DNA of 64,000 nucleotides from Monocercomonoides exilis PA203 (Eukaryota; Protista; Preaxostyla). Positions within the stretch are counted from its first letter, which is position 1. Each line of letters starts with the position of its first letter. The DNA lies in assembly GCA_001643675.2 (NCBI GenBank), contig LSRY02000008.1, forward strand, positions 620,001-684,000, read 5' to 3'. Both the position numbers and the translations under genes were made by a program. Of this stretch, positions 1 through 14,994 are shown piece by piece. The notes under the pieces were generated by a model. It saw only the letters and a program-made list of their open reading frames with translations. It ran no database searches and had not been told where the DNA came from.

Positions 1-2776
1 CTGTACGACTTCACCTACGATTCCTTCGAAAATTTCTTTCAGACCGTTTCATCGAGCTCCAACTCTTTGCCTAATCAAATCGCTCTGAAATCAAACTGCA
101 TCTGAAGCACTTTCCAGTCAGCCACATTGTATTCATCCGGTTGGTTCAAGCGCATCGTGTGAAAGTAGTGACGATGACTCACATCCCCAGCACCGAATCA
201 AATGATGGAAGACGGAACACAGACAACAAGAATACATCTAAAAAGATCCGCAGCTACAGCTATGGCTGCATTGGCAGCTAAAAGTTCAGAAAGAAAAAAG
301 GTTCCATTTCATCATTCGCATAGCTTCAACAAGCCCCACAAAATGATGATGAGAATGTTTCTGTGATGAAATCGATGGATCTCCCCAGCATATCACATCA
401 GATTCCATCTTCATCGTCTTTTTCCGATAAGCTGCTCCTCCGCTTCAATTATTCAGTTGAAACACTGGAAACATAATTGCATCTGCGTTTCCATCATCGG
501 ATTCGAAATAGTCTCGTGTCTCGGATCTTATACAGAAGCATGAAGAACTCTGCATGCCTCTTCTCCATCTACATCTTGGTCTCTTTTTGCTTATTTTATT
601 CTTCAACACCTCTCTCCCTCCATCTTCTTCTCCCTTTTCTTTTCCCTCTTTATCCCCCTTTCTCCTTCCTCGCCTCTTCGTGCTCCTCCAGCACCGCTAG
701 CTCAATCGCTGCAGGTGACAGAACACATCTTCCATTCTCATCCTCCCTCTTCCTCCAATTCCTTCTCCGCAACTTCTCCAACTTTGCACATTTATTACTT
801 TGTTTTCAAACTTCATCTCCACACGCCTCAACTGCGGCGATCGCGACACCAGACGCGCTATCGCCGACGGAAGCAGCGACGGGTCAAACAGATCGTAGAT
901 CGACGGGAACGCAATCACATCTGCTGCCGCAAAGATCCGCTTGCTCATCAACTTCGTGCCTGCTGGTGCAGCAAGCTACGGAAGTTGCGGCACCAGTGGA
1001 ACTGAAAGCATCTCCAAAAGCGCGACATCGTACGCACACACAACACCTTCACGCAACACCGCCTGACACATAACAGCATATCCCTCAAGGAGTCTGATGC
1101 TCTCTCAGCAACGACTTCTTGTGATTTTCACACACCCCAGCTGCCGACGTGTATGATGCCGCCACCTCCGATGCATCCGAAGGGTCAATCAAATGTGCTG
1201 ATGACGAAGATGATGGCTGATCATCTCCTGCCGCTTTTTTCTCTGTGCTTCTCCTCCTCCGGAATTGCGAAGTTGATCGGAGTACTGATCCAATTTATGA
1301 AATTGAAGAAGACGAAGGCGCTGAGCGAAGAGACAACTGCTTAACTGGCTGCGCAACAAGAAGTTTGATGAGACATTTCCAATAATGTCAGCCAGAAGTT
1401 CCACCCGAAGAGCTGATAGCATTCACATTTGCATCAGAATTGTCGACCAGCAGAAATAACCTACTTATTTTATGCTATTTGAAAAGATAGTGGCAAGATA
1501 TTTTTATAAAATGTGTCAATATAAAATGGAAGGGAGAAGGAAAAGGCACATTCTGAGGTGAAAGAAATTTGATGATACAAACTGTATGAATCAAAATAAA
1601 AGAAAAGATTGTTTTTTATAGTTTGTTATAAATGGTGATTTATTTTGAAAATTAACATATCTAACTTCAATTTTTTACAATAACATTAATAACTGCTCTG
1701 TATTAACATCTTTTTGAATTTCTTTCAATTCAATGAGGACAGTATCGATGAAATTTTCTTTTTTAATAATTTCTGATAAAATATTCAAATTAAAGCAAGT
1801 TGAAATCTATTTATCTTTCAATATAGGAAAATACTGAAAAAGAAGTCTCCATTCGCAAAATCAAAACGTAGACTTGAACAGTTGAAATGAAAACAAAGAA
1901 ATATAAACAAATTTTTCTGTAACTTCAAAAAACAAGAATAAAAAAAATTTAAATCATAAAAGTGATTCAATAGTTAAATGTGTATTTGAAATCTGTTTTA
2001 TTAAAACGTGATATACGGGGATAGGGTGACAAAACTCAATAGAACAATATTCAGCAATAAATGATGGTAACGGAATGATCAACATTTTCTGATCATTTGT
2101 GATCTGATTTTCAGATCAATTAATATTTTATGACTTTTCATAAAAAAATACCCATATTTTTTTGAAACAATATTTTTTCATTTGTTTCAAGAATTGATAA
2201 AAGTGAAAATTCTTTCTCCAAAAAAATAAAGAGGATGAATGCAAAATATGAAAAAATTGAGTTACATAAATTCTGACTAGGTGCATGAATATACACATAT
2301 GTGACGATCAATAAACAACGAAAAATGGTTGCCGTTAATAAAATAATAAAGAAGAAGAATGAAAGTGAGTGAAAGTGAATTCGACTGGAGTTCTTTGACA
2401 GAATTGAAACAAAATGAAACAATGCAAATACACATTGTGTAAACTTTTGGAAAAAGAAAAAATTGTGAAAATGCCAATAGCAGCCTCTGCATGAAACAGT
2501 TGCATATATAAAAGTCGGATTAAAGCAAACTCCTCAACCAAAACAAATGAAACGAAACAGACTCTCTCAAAGAAAGAGTCAGTTTCACGCAAAAACAAAC
2601 AAACAAACAAAATATTCAAAAGTTTTTATTTGCATCCAAACCCTTCACCATCATTTTCATCCCCTTCTCACCCGTTTCATATTGGATAATTTTCTGCCTT
2701 CACTGCCTTCTGCCTGCTCATCAAATATCAAAACGCAATTTGAACAGCTCCACAAAAACACATGCACCAACATCTC

Positions 2777-5700
2777 TCACATTTTGCATCTCTCACTGAA
2801 CAAGCTTCCACTCCAACTCCCGCTTCCACTTTCATCTTTTGATCCGCTTGATTCTTCCTCAATATCCACAGCATCTGACACAGTCATAATCACAGCTCCC
2901 GCTGGAAAACGCTGAATGAACTCTCTCTTCAGTCCAACCAGAGAAGGTCGTTGTTCTGGAACTGCAGAAACGCACTGGCCAATCAGTATGCTCATACTTT
3001 CATTTTCGGCTTTATGCATTGGCCTCTCACCGTTCACAATCTTCTGCCCAGCCACCTCTGCCTCATAATCGCCAAATGGAACATTAAGTGTCAGACACTC
3101 CCACAGGATCATCCCAATTGAGAATGAAACAGATTCTTTGGTTGCTCCCATCTTCTTGTTGATCTGCAACTCTGGTGCCTTCCACCGCAAACACTCTTTT
3201 TTGAAAAGGCTCTCATCCTCAAATGCAGATGAAGGAAGAGAGTCTTCGCTATCATCATCATCACTGGCAGATGTCACAACAGTTGTTGAAGAGATGGATG
3301 ATGAATCTGAGTCATCTGATAAAAGATCAGAGTGCATGAAAATGCAGATCACCATGTGCTCTGAAAACAATACAATGTGAGGACTGAGGTTGGCAAGTGA
3401 AGAAAGAGGATTATCCATCTCATCAAATGAGTGGAGAGCAAGGTTGGCCACCCAGAACAGGATCTGGGCAGCTGTCTGCTCTCTTTCTTTCAATGTGTCA
3501 ATTGCCATCTCCTTTGTCTTATTCCTTCCATGAAGCAGCATGAAAAGTGAATCCCTCAAATCCACAATCAGCTTCTCATGTGGTGATGAGCATGCCATTG
3601 CATCCACCAGATTGGACATGGACGAGGTGGTTGGACACAGACCTTCACCCCGAACAAACGTAAATTCAGTGTCTGAAGCGTCTGTGGTTGAAGTGGATGA
3701 GATGGATGGTGAGGGCGATCTCTTTCTTGTCTCTTCCTCATCATCAACCATCTCCAGCACCCATTCGGGGATCTTGTCTGAATCTTTCCCCAAAATATAT
3801 TCAGTTGATCCACTTTCAGATAGAAGATGTTCAGATGACTCCGAGTGTCCCAAGCTTTTCGCATACACCCTCTTCTTTATCCTCTCATCGTTCTTCTTCT
3901 CTGCCTCCCTCTCAGCTCTTCTCCACTGCTCCTCAGGCGACATCTCCATTGTCACCATCTCGATTAGCTTTGGATCCTTCCTCACTGTATCATTCACAAT
4001 CTCTTCCAATTCCTTTGTTCTTCTCTTTTGTTTTCTCCATCGAAGCGTAGAAATTACTGCAACAATTAAAATGATAAGAAGAACAAAAGCCATGATAATC
4101 ACAATCAACACCCAAAAAGATTTTTTTTCTTTTCCTCCTTCAACCGCTTTATCAATTCCAGTCTTTGATTCTGTTTTGTTTTTCACAATCTGTGGGGTTG
4201 TTGCAGCCAATTGCTTCCCAAACAGAATCATCACTGACACCTCTGTTTCATCTGCAATCGTTGAAATATTTTCTGATGGAATTGTTCCAATCACTTCATT
4301 TTCTGATATGAAACTGTCTTCCTCAAAAGGATGTGTCTCAACCAACTCCACATCCCCTGTTTTGCACACAAGTCTGAATGATAAGTCACACGGCAAAAAG
4401 AGCTCTCCCTTGAATTTTACAACAATGTTCCTTCCATTTTCAATGAAAGACGCCTCTTCCAGTTTGGGAATGAAAAATGGAGATGGTCTTTCTCCCGCTA
4501 TTCCACCAAGGGTGCATCTATCATTCAAAATCCACAGCGAAGAATTGGGTATCACCCCATCTCCTCCCTTCAAGCTCGAAATAGTCAGCGAGGAAGAATT
4601 TGAGCAAATGATGTTTCGACGAAGAGAAGGATATTTCTGAATAGAAGGATTGTTATTCATAAACTCTCCTTTCTCAATCGTCACATTGCTTGTAGATACT
4701 GATAATCCACCTGATGAAGCATTCATTATTGTCACATATTTCATCACCAACGAAGTTTTTGATGAATGGACAAGTGATCCATTCCATTTGCAAATTTCTT
4801 CAAAAGCATTATATCTCTCATTTTCACTTTCTTTCACAAGCAATCCAATAAATTGACATGAATTCATCAAAATATCTTTTGCATTGTGAATATCAACAAA
4901 ACTTCCTTTGCTTGACAGAGAATGACAACCTGAGCAAGAGCAGTTTGAAAGAACAATTTGAGCAGGAGTTGAAGACGCTGAAAGAACAGAAGCTCCTTCT
5001 GAATTCCTTGAACAGTTCTTGAATGAGGAGATTGTAATTGAAACAGTTCCTGAAGTCGAATCGCTTATTGAAACGATACATCCTTCCATCAGCTTCACTT
5101 CATCCACAGCCATTCCATTCAGCGTAACGCTTCCACAGTTGCCAATCTCAAACACATTGGTTGTTGCCTCGATATGTTCCAGCTTCACGTTCGTCAACGA
5201 AATCTGATCCCCACGAAGCACGAATGAAGGCTTGTTGAATGAAAGCACTGTTATCGAGCAGTTGTCAACATTCAAAATTCCACTTTTTATGCTCAACAAC
5301 GATGAGTCAAGAGCAACTGTTTGAATGCTGTTTGACCCTCCAATCGAAGAGAAATCAACAAATGAAAGAGAAAGTTGTCCACTAACTTCTTGAATAATTG
5401 AACTGCCAGAATAAGAAAATGAATGCCAAAAGTTGAATTTTAATCTCTCAATCCGAACTTTCTCTGATGTTGTGATAAGATTTCCCTCATTGATATTAAT
5501 TGTTGAGTTCACATATACAAAAGCAGCGAAGAGAGATCCCAGTGAGTGGATGCTAACATCCTTTGCTTCACATTCCCCATTGATGATCGTCTCCTCTGAG
5601 ATCAACAGCTGTGAGTATGATGAAGGAATAATGTGCTGAACTCCGAAATTCATTGACTCACAAGGCATGCTGAACTCTCCACATTGCTTGCTATCTGTTG

Positions 5701-8700
5701 CGTTTTCATCAGAAGAAGACACAAATATCGTCTCGCTCTGGTATTTCACAACCCTTGGTAGAAGATCTTCTTCTCCCACAAACGAGTCCGATGTGCATCC
5801 CCATATTGCCAGCTCCTTTACAAAAGGTGCTCTGAAATCCAGCAAGAATTGATCATCAACAATTTGATTTTCGATTGAGTGGCATCGAACATACACATCT
5901 CTCCCTCTCAATGCAGAGTTATCTTTGAACGTGATATTCGACAACATAAAGTTCAGAGGCTGCTCAGCTGTCGAGGTGCATTCCAGAAATAATCACCCAC
6001 CTCTTCCTGTGGTGGAGCAGAAGCACTCAGAAATCGTGCTAAATGAGCAGTCGAAGTTTCCTCCCTCATTCAGCACACAAAACATCCCTCCTCCCTTTTC
6101 ACACCTCATTCCACCACATCTCTTCATTGTTGTGTTTCGAATTACCATTTTCAATGGCTCATCAATGTTCTCATTTCGAATGATGGGAATATCATTGGTC
6201 GTGTTCTGTGTGACTTCTTCGAATACACTCCATTCAATGATTATGTTTTGTTCCTCTTCATTTTTCTCTCTTCTTGAACTCTTTGAAATACTCAATCCAC
6301 TTGCACCATCAAGCTCAACATTCTTCAATGTCAAATTTTTCATATTCAAAATTGTTGTTTGATGCACGGAAATAATATCTTTTGAAAAGCAAAGTGATTG
6401 AATTTCCACAAATTCCAATTGAACAGTTCCTCCATCTGCCTCAATCATCCCGTAATTCATTGGTTCTTTTCCACTTTCTTCATCTTTTGTGAACGAGCAG
6501 TCTTTCAAAGTCAATAACCCCTCGCTTGAGTCAACATGCATCAAATAATTGACTCCATTTGTGAATGAAGAAGGAATCACAAAGCTAATCAGTTTGAAAT
6601 TGGTGATTCCAGAAATCTTCATTGCTGAATCCCTTTCTCCTTCAAGCGATGAAACACATTTCAAAGAGCACATGTCAGTATTATTCGATTTAATAGAAAT
6701 TTCACTGAGTTCAATCCTTTTCTTTAGAATTCCTTTTCCAATGATGTTTATGTTCCTTTCGTTTGCTTTTGGCATTTTTGCCAACGAATAATCAATAGAA
6801 AGGCAAGGATAATCTGAAAATCCACAGGCAAGAATATCTTTCCCATCACCTCTAACAAATATCTCCGATCCGAGTTCAAGCCAGAAATAGACAAGTGGAA
6901 TGACATTCTCTGTATCATTCCCATCAAAGCCTCTCATGGAATTTAATGAAATATCATCCAGATTCTCTGATACAAATGGAAGAGAGGTGTTTGTGATGCT
7001 CTTCGTCAAGTTGAATGCTTCAACAAAAAGATCATTTCCATAATTAGCAATATTTGGCTTGTCTGCCTCAAAAACAGGTGATGATATCACAAATGAAGAA
7101 TAGTCATCGATCAACTTCAGTGCCATCCCTCCCCCAAACCCAGTCTTCCGTTCTTCTGCTGGTGCTGTGCATCTTATGAAAGAACATGAAATGACATTCA
7201 ATTGAGTATTTCCTTTCAAGCGGGTATTAATAGCCCCTCCTCTGCTTCCATCACCAGCCACACAGCATCCATCAAATTCACATTCTTCAATATTTATTTC
7301 ACTGTTTGAATTTTCATCGTTACTATTATCGATGTTCACACACCCTCCACTTCCAGTTGCTCTTTCTATTTCTGTAAAATGGCAGTTAGTCATGTTCAAC
7401 CACTGAGTGCTCATCAACTCGGTATATGAACTGCTTCCAGACAATGAGATCAATGGATAATCGCTCAAATTTATCGATGAAGCTGAAAATGAATCAATAA
7501 CCAAGGTTCCAGACTCAATAGATAAGAATAGAAATACCATTTCTGATGAAGGATCTTGAAGAGTGAGAGAACATTGAGACAGCGTTAGTGTTGAAGAAGA
7601 TGATGAAATGAAAGTGGAATGTGATGAAAAAGAAGAAGAAAGAGAGAAGATAAGTTTTGATAATTCTGTTTCAACATTTATTGAAATCATCTCTGAATTG
7701 GATGTTGAACTTGAATCAGAAACTTTCCATCCACTTTGATCGTCTTCTCCTCTGATATCATGTTTCTGTTCAGCAAAGGTCAATTCATCACTCATCAAAA
7801 TCATTCCATTCACAACAACTTTCTTTGTTCCTGCTTGTCTTGTGAGGGAGTGCTTCAAGGTCAAACAAGGAAACTGGACAATTCCACAATGTGAATGATC
7901 AGATGCCTCGGTGCAACTCACATATATTTCTTCTGGGATGGGAAGGAGATAGATGCATAGAGGAATTGCTAACCTTGTGTTTCCATTGTCGAATCCTCGC
8001 ACTTTGTCAAATGAATCCAAAGATGCTGTTACACATGTGATATTCTCTAATTTTGCTATCTCTTCCAGATTTGGGGAAATAACAAAGATATCATTCCCCC
8101 ATTTAGCTGTGTTTGTTCAAAAGATGAGGATATCAGGAAATTGGGATTTTCATTCAATAGCCGAAGAAGGATTCCTCCCCCAAGACCATTTGATGATGAA
8201 CAAAAGCATCCATTAAATAATCCGTCTTTCACTTTCACTTCATTTCCATCACCGACGCACAGCATCGTTGAACCTCCATCAGTCGATGTTGAGCTTCCAC
8301 ATCCAAAAAACGAACAAGAATTCAGTTCAATGTTTGCCTTGTCATTCAAAAACGACATCACAGCTGCTCCGCTGGTTGTTCTTTCAATTCCATCAAAGGT
8401 GCATTCTGAAAGTGTCAATGATATTTCATTTGTTGAAGAAAGCGAAAACAACGAAACAGTGGAGATAGTCTTTGCCCAATTCACATTTTCCATCTGCAGC
8501 ATACCACTCTGAATGTTAATCAGCTCTGTAGCAAATGCTGTATTTCCAGTTTGTTCACTTCCAGCAGAAATATTCATCCTGCTGATATGCATCTCTCCTG
8601 CTCCTGTGATCTCAAATAGCCTCGAGGCTCGATTATTTTCATATGCAGAGTCATGCACAAGAATAAGATCACTGATTGCTAAGATTCCTGTCGAAACTGA

Positions 8701-10545
8701 AAACAGAGACAGCCCAGATGCTTCAAATTCTGTATGGATTACTGTGCTCATATCGCTTTGACCGTAAATTGAATAAGTGTTAATTCCACAATCCAGGCAT
8801 TTAGTCTCTGTTATCGTTCCTGCAAGTATCTCAATATCTGTAACAATTTCAGGAATAAGCTGAGTCAAACAATGGCTAATAGTTTCACAAGGATGAATTT
8901 CATTCTGCCCACATGCATATGTGTCAATGGAATTAGGTTGTACTTCAGTCGAAGAAACAAATCTGATTCTTTCAAAATCGTTTTTAAGCCATTCACTTTT
9001 ATCAATAATTGAGTTATATTGTGAGCTGACTCTATTTGTTGTATTTCTTGTTGAATAACAGGTGGAATCAATATTGTTTGATGTCGAATTATGGAGAGCA
9101 ATATCATGTCCTCCTTTTGAACATGAATTGTTGTGAAAAAAGCAGTAATAAAACAAAATTCCGTAATTCAGGCTATTTATTAATATTCCAGCAGCACCTC
9201 CTCCGCACATTGAATGGCAATTGCAGAATAAACAATTAGAAAAAACAACCTGATCAGTGCAACTCCAATGTTCAATCGCGCCTCCAGCGGATGATTCCGA
9301 ATGATTTGCTTTGCAAGATGAAAATAATGAATTAATTATGCATTCTTTCTGCCTTTGAGTTTTTGTGGGACGTAAGTCAATTGCGCCCGCATCATTGCCT
9401 GCAGAGCAATTTTGAAAGGAGCAATCATCCACCATTGATTGATAATAAATGTTTTCTAAATACATCCCACCACCGCAACCATCTGAACTTGCTGTTGCTG
9501 CGCACTGAGTAAATGTGGAGTGCATCACGATGCATTCAGCGATTTTCAATGCATATATTGCACCCCCTCTTGTTGAGGAAGCGTTGCACCTCGTGAATGA
9601 ACAATTTTCAACTTTCAGAATGGCTTTTTCATTGTCATGTACATAGAGAGCACCTCCTTGCGAGGATGTGCAATCTTCCCATTCACACAACGAAAATGAT
9701 TGACTATTTGTCAAATTCATTTGCCCTTTTTTCTCAAGAGCATTCGTTTCTCTTTTCCCGAAGCTTACAGTTGTGTTTTCACAGACAAATTCATGTGAAG
9801 AATACGATCCACTCGAAATCCCTCCTTCAAATGCATTCACACACGAATAAATGAGGCTGTTCTCCATTGAACTTCGAAAGCATGAATGTTTCACATTATG
9901 ATCGCTTTTCTTATCAGATTTCACAGACATGTTTCTGAAGGCGCAATTATCAATCTCTTCACTTTTGCTCTTTCCTGACAATGGAAAATTGTCTGAAGAA
10001 GATGCAACTAGATTTTCCATGATAGAATTTCTCAAAATAGCAGTATTTGAATAATCCGATGAAAATATGAGACTGGAAGGGTTCAGATTCTTTTGAGAAA
10101 TCAAACTCATATTCACCATGCTTATTGACCCACTTTGCAAAAGAAAAGGAGATGTTGATTTTTGGAGCAAATTGCAGGAATCCAACATGACTCTCGACTT
10201 TTCAGTAATAAACATCAAAGATGAAAATAAATGTTCAAGTGCCACATTCTTCAGTCCAACTGTAGAATTGGAGAATCCCAAAAATGTGTTTTTCACTGTA
10301 GAAAGTCCTGATTGTAATCTTTTCGCTTCAGGCAACGTTTTCTGTTCAAATAGATAAATGTTATCACCCTTTAGTGGAAATTGTGCATCATTTGAGTTTC
10401 CTTGACCAAAATAAAGAGAATTATTGAAAAAATAACTGTTCGAAAGAAAACCTTTGTTCTCCAATGCGGATGTTCCAGAGATATCTTGTGCTTCAAATGC
10501 CTTCACAAGGAGCAAGCATGCAAAAAGGAACAAATGCATTCTCAT
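2777..10545 (-). pseudogene. Large type I membrane / receptor-like protein gene (~2590 codons): signal peptide, Cys-rich GG[AG]x repeats (PbH1/Pmp-like beta-helix), one TM helix, C-terminal kinase-like (TKL C-lobe) domain. Disrupted by a 1-nt frameshift (~8118) and an in-frame TGA (5993-5995).
   Basis: ORFs 8056-10599, 5993-8020 and 2777-5947 are collinear. N-terminus MRMHLFLFACLLLVKAFEAQ (ATG 10545). Repeated GGALY/GGAIY/GGGMY and CG...PCxTI motifs. TM FWVLIVIIMAFVLLIILIVAVISTLRWRK. Kinase-like LRWKAPEL..SFSIGMILWECLTLNVPF..QRPSL. The paralog at 40178+ reads SSFGANTAKWGND where this copy lacks one base. 8020 and 5947 are in the same frame (GRGG*LFLEC). Confidence 0.85.
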
Positions 10546-13500
10546 GCGGAATGATAATAAATTTTGATTTGAAAAATAAAACATTTTCTGAATGATCAAA
10601 AAATCCCTTAATAATTGTTTTCAACACATTTGGTAAAAACAATGTTTTTCTTTTACAATCACTTTGTGGCTTTTTGAAAAACAGTTGATGCATGTCCAAA
10701 GCATGCCACTACTTTGGTTTTTGTCAGGCATGAATTATATGCTGATGCAGATGAAATATTTGCACACAAAAAAATTTAATTTAATAAAACAATTAGTAAA
10801 ATAGGAATTAAACTGAATAAAAGGGGGAAAAAAACCTTTTCAGAAGAAACTGCTGTCCAATAAAGGCTTTCAAAGCAATTAATGCAATGTCAAAACACAT
10901 GCCCCCAAAATTTCACTTTGAGATATGTTGTTTCTAGCTATCAATTGTCACCTCACCCATTGAAATCAAATGGCGAGTCTTTCTTTTCCTCTTCTTTTCC
11001 CTTCTGCTCTTTATACTCTCACCTGTTTTGTCTTTTCACTCAGCTTCGTCTGCGTCTAACCCACAAACATCTAAATTACCTCTTCTTTGTTATTCTTCTC
11101 CCTCTTTCTTGCTTCTTCTCCATAATTAATGCTGACTCATTTTTGCAAACAGCTGATGTTCTGCAATTCAAAAATATCCTTCTCTGCTTTTCTCATTGAG
11201 AAAAGATGTCTCAAAGAAACCATTTGTTCCAATCAAAAGTGAATGTCATGCAAACCTTCTCTGCATATATTCTTGATAAAATCAGAAACATCAAAAATTG
11301 CAAAGAAACATACAAAGGGATCAAACTTGTTTTTTGTTGTCTCTCAAAAAATAAACACATTTTGCAAAATAAAGAAAAATAAAATAAAAATTCTTGAGCT
11401 TTCAATTTTTCCAATTCCACAAATCTTTCATCATTCAGAAAAAATAAAAAAAATAATTTTTTACTGCAAACAAGAAAGCATGCATCTTTTCCTTCTCCGT
11501 TAGCCAACCGTTCTCATTGTCAAATTCAAACAGCCTTCTCCGTCTGCCTCTTCTGTCTTCGCAATCTCTTGTTCCTTGCTTTCCATTCTTCATTGGCTCT
11601 GCCTCCATCTCTTTCCTTCTCCTTCTCATCAACCCCTTCCTTTCACTCTCTTTTCCATCTTCTTCTTTCTCTTCATTCGCTTTCTTCCTTGTCCTCCAAC
11701 AATGTTGTCTTTTCTTTCTGTCCAAAGCCTTCCAATGAAAAATCGTTCAACATCACAGCTTTTCTGAAGGATTGTGTGTGTTTGAAATTCAAATAGAAAT
11801 GCCTTCAAATTATCTCGTGCTAAATTATCTAAAAAGGGAAAGATAACGGGAAAGCTAATTGAATTGAATTTACAAATAAATGATTCAAACCTCTCAACAA
11901 CTTCAAAGTTATTGATGCAAAAGTACTGTTTCAAGAATTATTTTTCAATTCAAAGAAACCAATGCATTTTTCGCAAATCCAATAAATTCATAATCAAAAT
12001 GGGAGCATATTCGGAGAAGAATGCTTATCGGAATGAAATTGGATGTTGATTTTGGATATTGGCAAAATCAATGAAATAATTTTGGCTTCTCTTGGCAAGA
12101 CAAACATAACACATGGGACAAAAAAAAGGTGACGTTTGAAAAAAAACTAGTGGAGCACTCAAAGGCATTCTCTGTCGACGCGGATGACGTTTGTTGCGTT
12201 TTGACGAAATGATCAGCATCTCCTCCGCTGTTTGCAACAATTTGGCTCTTGCAGATGAAAAGGTTCCCACTGCTGAAGCGTGTGTTGGACGTATTGTCAT
12301 TCTTCCGAATTTTGTTTGTTCTGGCTGTTGAGCTGTCTGGATGAATGTGTATTCGATAATGCTCCCTCCTTTCAAAAAAAGCCTCCCTTGTTATATTTTC
12401 CCCTCCGCATCTCCATCGCATGCAAAGAGCAGAGTAGTTCTTGCCCTTTCCTTTTCGATGCTGAACTTGCAATAAGGTTTTATTTGGATTTTACAGTTAT
12501 CAAAGCATCTGTTATGGTTGCACAAATAATAAAAACTCAACATAAGCAAATATTTCATTGTAAATTTTTTCGACTTATTAACGCATTTGTGTGCAACGAC
12601 TTTATTACAGTTATGCAAATTGCTCTTGCCTTTAAGAAGAATGATTTGAATTAATCAATAATTAATTTTTGAGAATAATGTCTTTTCAAAATATCATATC
12701 AACTTGTTTCATGAAAAAGGACAAAAATTTATTTGTTATTTTTGAATACTTGGAATAAGATATTATATTCTTCGAAGGATTATGAAGTTCATTGTTTTCT
12801 ATTGTTTGAGATTTGAAAAAAAGAAATTGTAATTAATAGAAACAAATGTTTAAAATGTGACAAATTCAAAATGGAAATTTTTTAGGATTTTCAAAAAAAT
12901 AAGTGGTGAGATTTTTTGAAATATGAATTTCGAATAAGTCGTTTTCATTCATTTTTTGTTTGTCCACTTGTTTGAAAGTTTCAGATTCCTTTTCAACATA
13001 AAAATGTGCAAAATGAAGAACTGAATGAAGTGAATTTTAAAAATGATTTTTAAACAAAAGTCAACAATCGGAAGAAGTGAAGAACAAAAATTAGGGATAA
13101 TGGTCATTTTTTGAGAATGAAGAAAAAATTTGGTTCTTTTCTTGTTTTTATTTTTTCTCCTTTTTAACGCTTATTCATAAGTTCATTTCAAAGTCGAAAC
13201 CCTATCCAGTCACATCGATAACGATCAATATCGGATATCAGCACATCATTCTGTGAACAAACATTTTTTTGACACATTCTAATAAATTTCCCATCTCATA
13301 GAATCACAAAGAAATTTTTTTTTCAAAAAATACACTTTTCAAAAAAAAAAATGGTTCTTATTTCAATGGGAAATAAGTTTTTCATCAAAGACTTCAAATT
13401 TTCTAATAAATGATTTTGTCACTCTAAATGAAATGAGAAAACTCAAAAAAATAGTTATTTCCAAAATTTCAAAACGTAAATTTTACAAGAATTTCAGGAA

Positions 13501-14994
13501 TATCAAAAAAATTTGAAAGATAAATTATTGATCATAAATATCAGTGTTGGAACTCTCTGTTTCGAACAATTTGGGATATTATCACAATCGGACATTTTCA
13601 CAAAAAGTTGAGCAAAACCCGAAAGAATTTCATCCTGTTTCAATAATTTCATTTGGAATAATAGTCAATAATCACATTCAATTTGATTCATCAAACAAAA
13701 AATATGGATCATTCATTTTGAGTGCTTGCTCAAAAAATATCCAAAATGGTTCAAAGGCAATCAGACAATTGAATAATATTTTTGTAAAAAATATCATTTG
13801 TTTCATATTCGGGTGAATAAAAATATCGGATATTTTAAAAGAATTTCACTTCAGGCACATCACATTTTGTTTAAATTGGAATATTTCATAAATAATGATA
13901 TTTATTCAATTCATATGTAATTTCGTTGGCCGGAACAAGAATCAGATAAAAATGCGCTATATTTTTATTTCCTCAGAAAATTGAACAAATGTGATTTTTC
14001 CAAAATAATATTTTTTTGGATAAAAGAAAAAAAAAACTTATTTGAAATACTCACTTTTTGTTTGTGCAAACTTTTTATTTTTTTTCCCCAACAAAATAAA
14101 TAAAATCAAATTAATATCTTTTATTAAGTGCACATTGCCATATTATATTATAATTTTTGAAATCTTCACATTTTTCCATGTGTTGAAATATGGCTGATCC
14201 TTTTTGAAATCATGTTTTTTCTGTAAAAATATTTGGTTTGAAAATATGTTTTGCATATTTGTCAGTGAACATATTAAAGTGATAACACCGTCTTCAAAAA
14301 AAAATGTCATTAATGCATTTTAAAAATGTGCTTCATTAAACAATTGCAATTTAAAAAATACTGGAATAATAATATTCAATTCATTGACAAACGAAATATA
14401 AAAATTCGATACCCCGAAAAAAGTTATGATTACAAAAATAATCACCCATTTTCAAAGACACGTTCTTTTTGAAAATAATCACACACATGTTTATCAATGA
14501 TTTCACAGGTGCTTCTCTTCAAGTTCGCATATGCGCGGAAAAAAAATCGATATTTTTAACAAATAATTGAAAAAATAAAGTCAATATGGTTCTTCTCATA
14601 CAAATTTTTATTGTCATTCTTTTCAAAAAAAGTGTCAAAAAACTGTTCAAGATAATTGTTGAATTAACTAAACAAGAAAAAATAGTTGAAATTTAGAAGA
14701 AAAGAAATAAAGATATAGTTTTTCATATTTGATTAATACAAACCAATCAAATAAATAAATGCAGCAACAGAAAAAACCAATATTAATTTGGAACACACTT
14801 GATTAATTCAGATGATGTTCGTATTTGAACCTTTCAGAAAATTATCAACGGTCGAATTTTTCCTTGCAGAATTATCTGTTGAGAAATCCATGAAGAGCTT
14901 TTTAAAGGATTGTTTTCCATTTTGCGAAATGATGGAAAAAGAAAGAACAACTTTTGAGTTAAAAAAAAAAAAAAAATCGAAACATCTCATTTCT

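Noticed and set aside
1-1430. GC-richer coding-like block (similar in character to 43180-44100)
   Set aside because: All frames are interrupted and no motif is recognisable. Probably decayed gene or repeat sequence, but no call can be supported.
3138-5852. Long + strand ORFs such as 3540-4640 (also 48432-50075 and 60479-61057)
   Set aside because: Antisense shadows of real coding sequence on the other strand.
5993-5995. TGA read as Trp (alternative genetic code)
   Set aside because: TGA ends apparently intact genes (21446, 62548). Other in-frame TGAs replace likely Cys or Gly codons (56892, 57282), so these are ordinary nonsense mutations.
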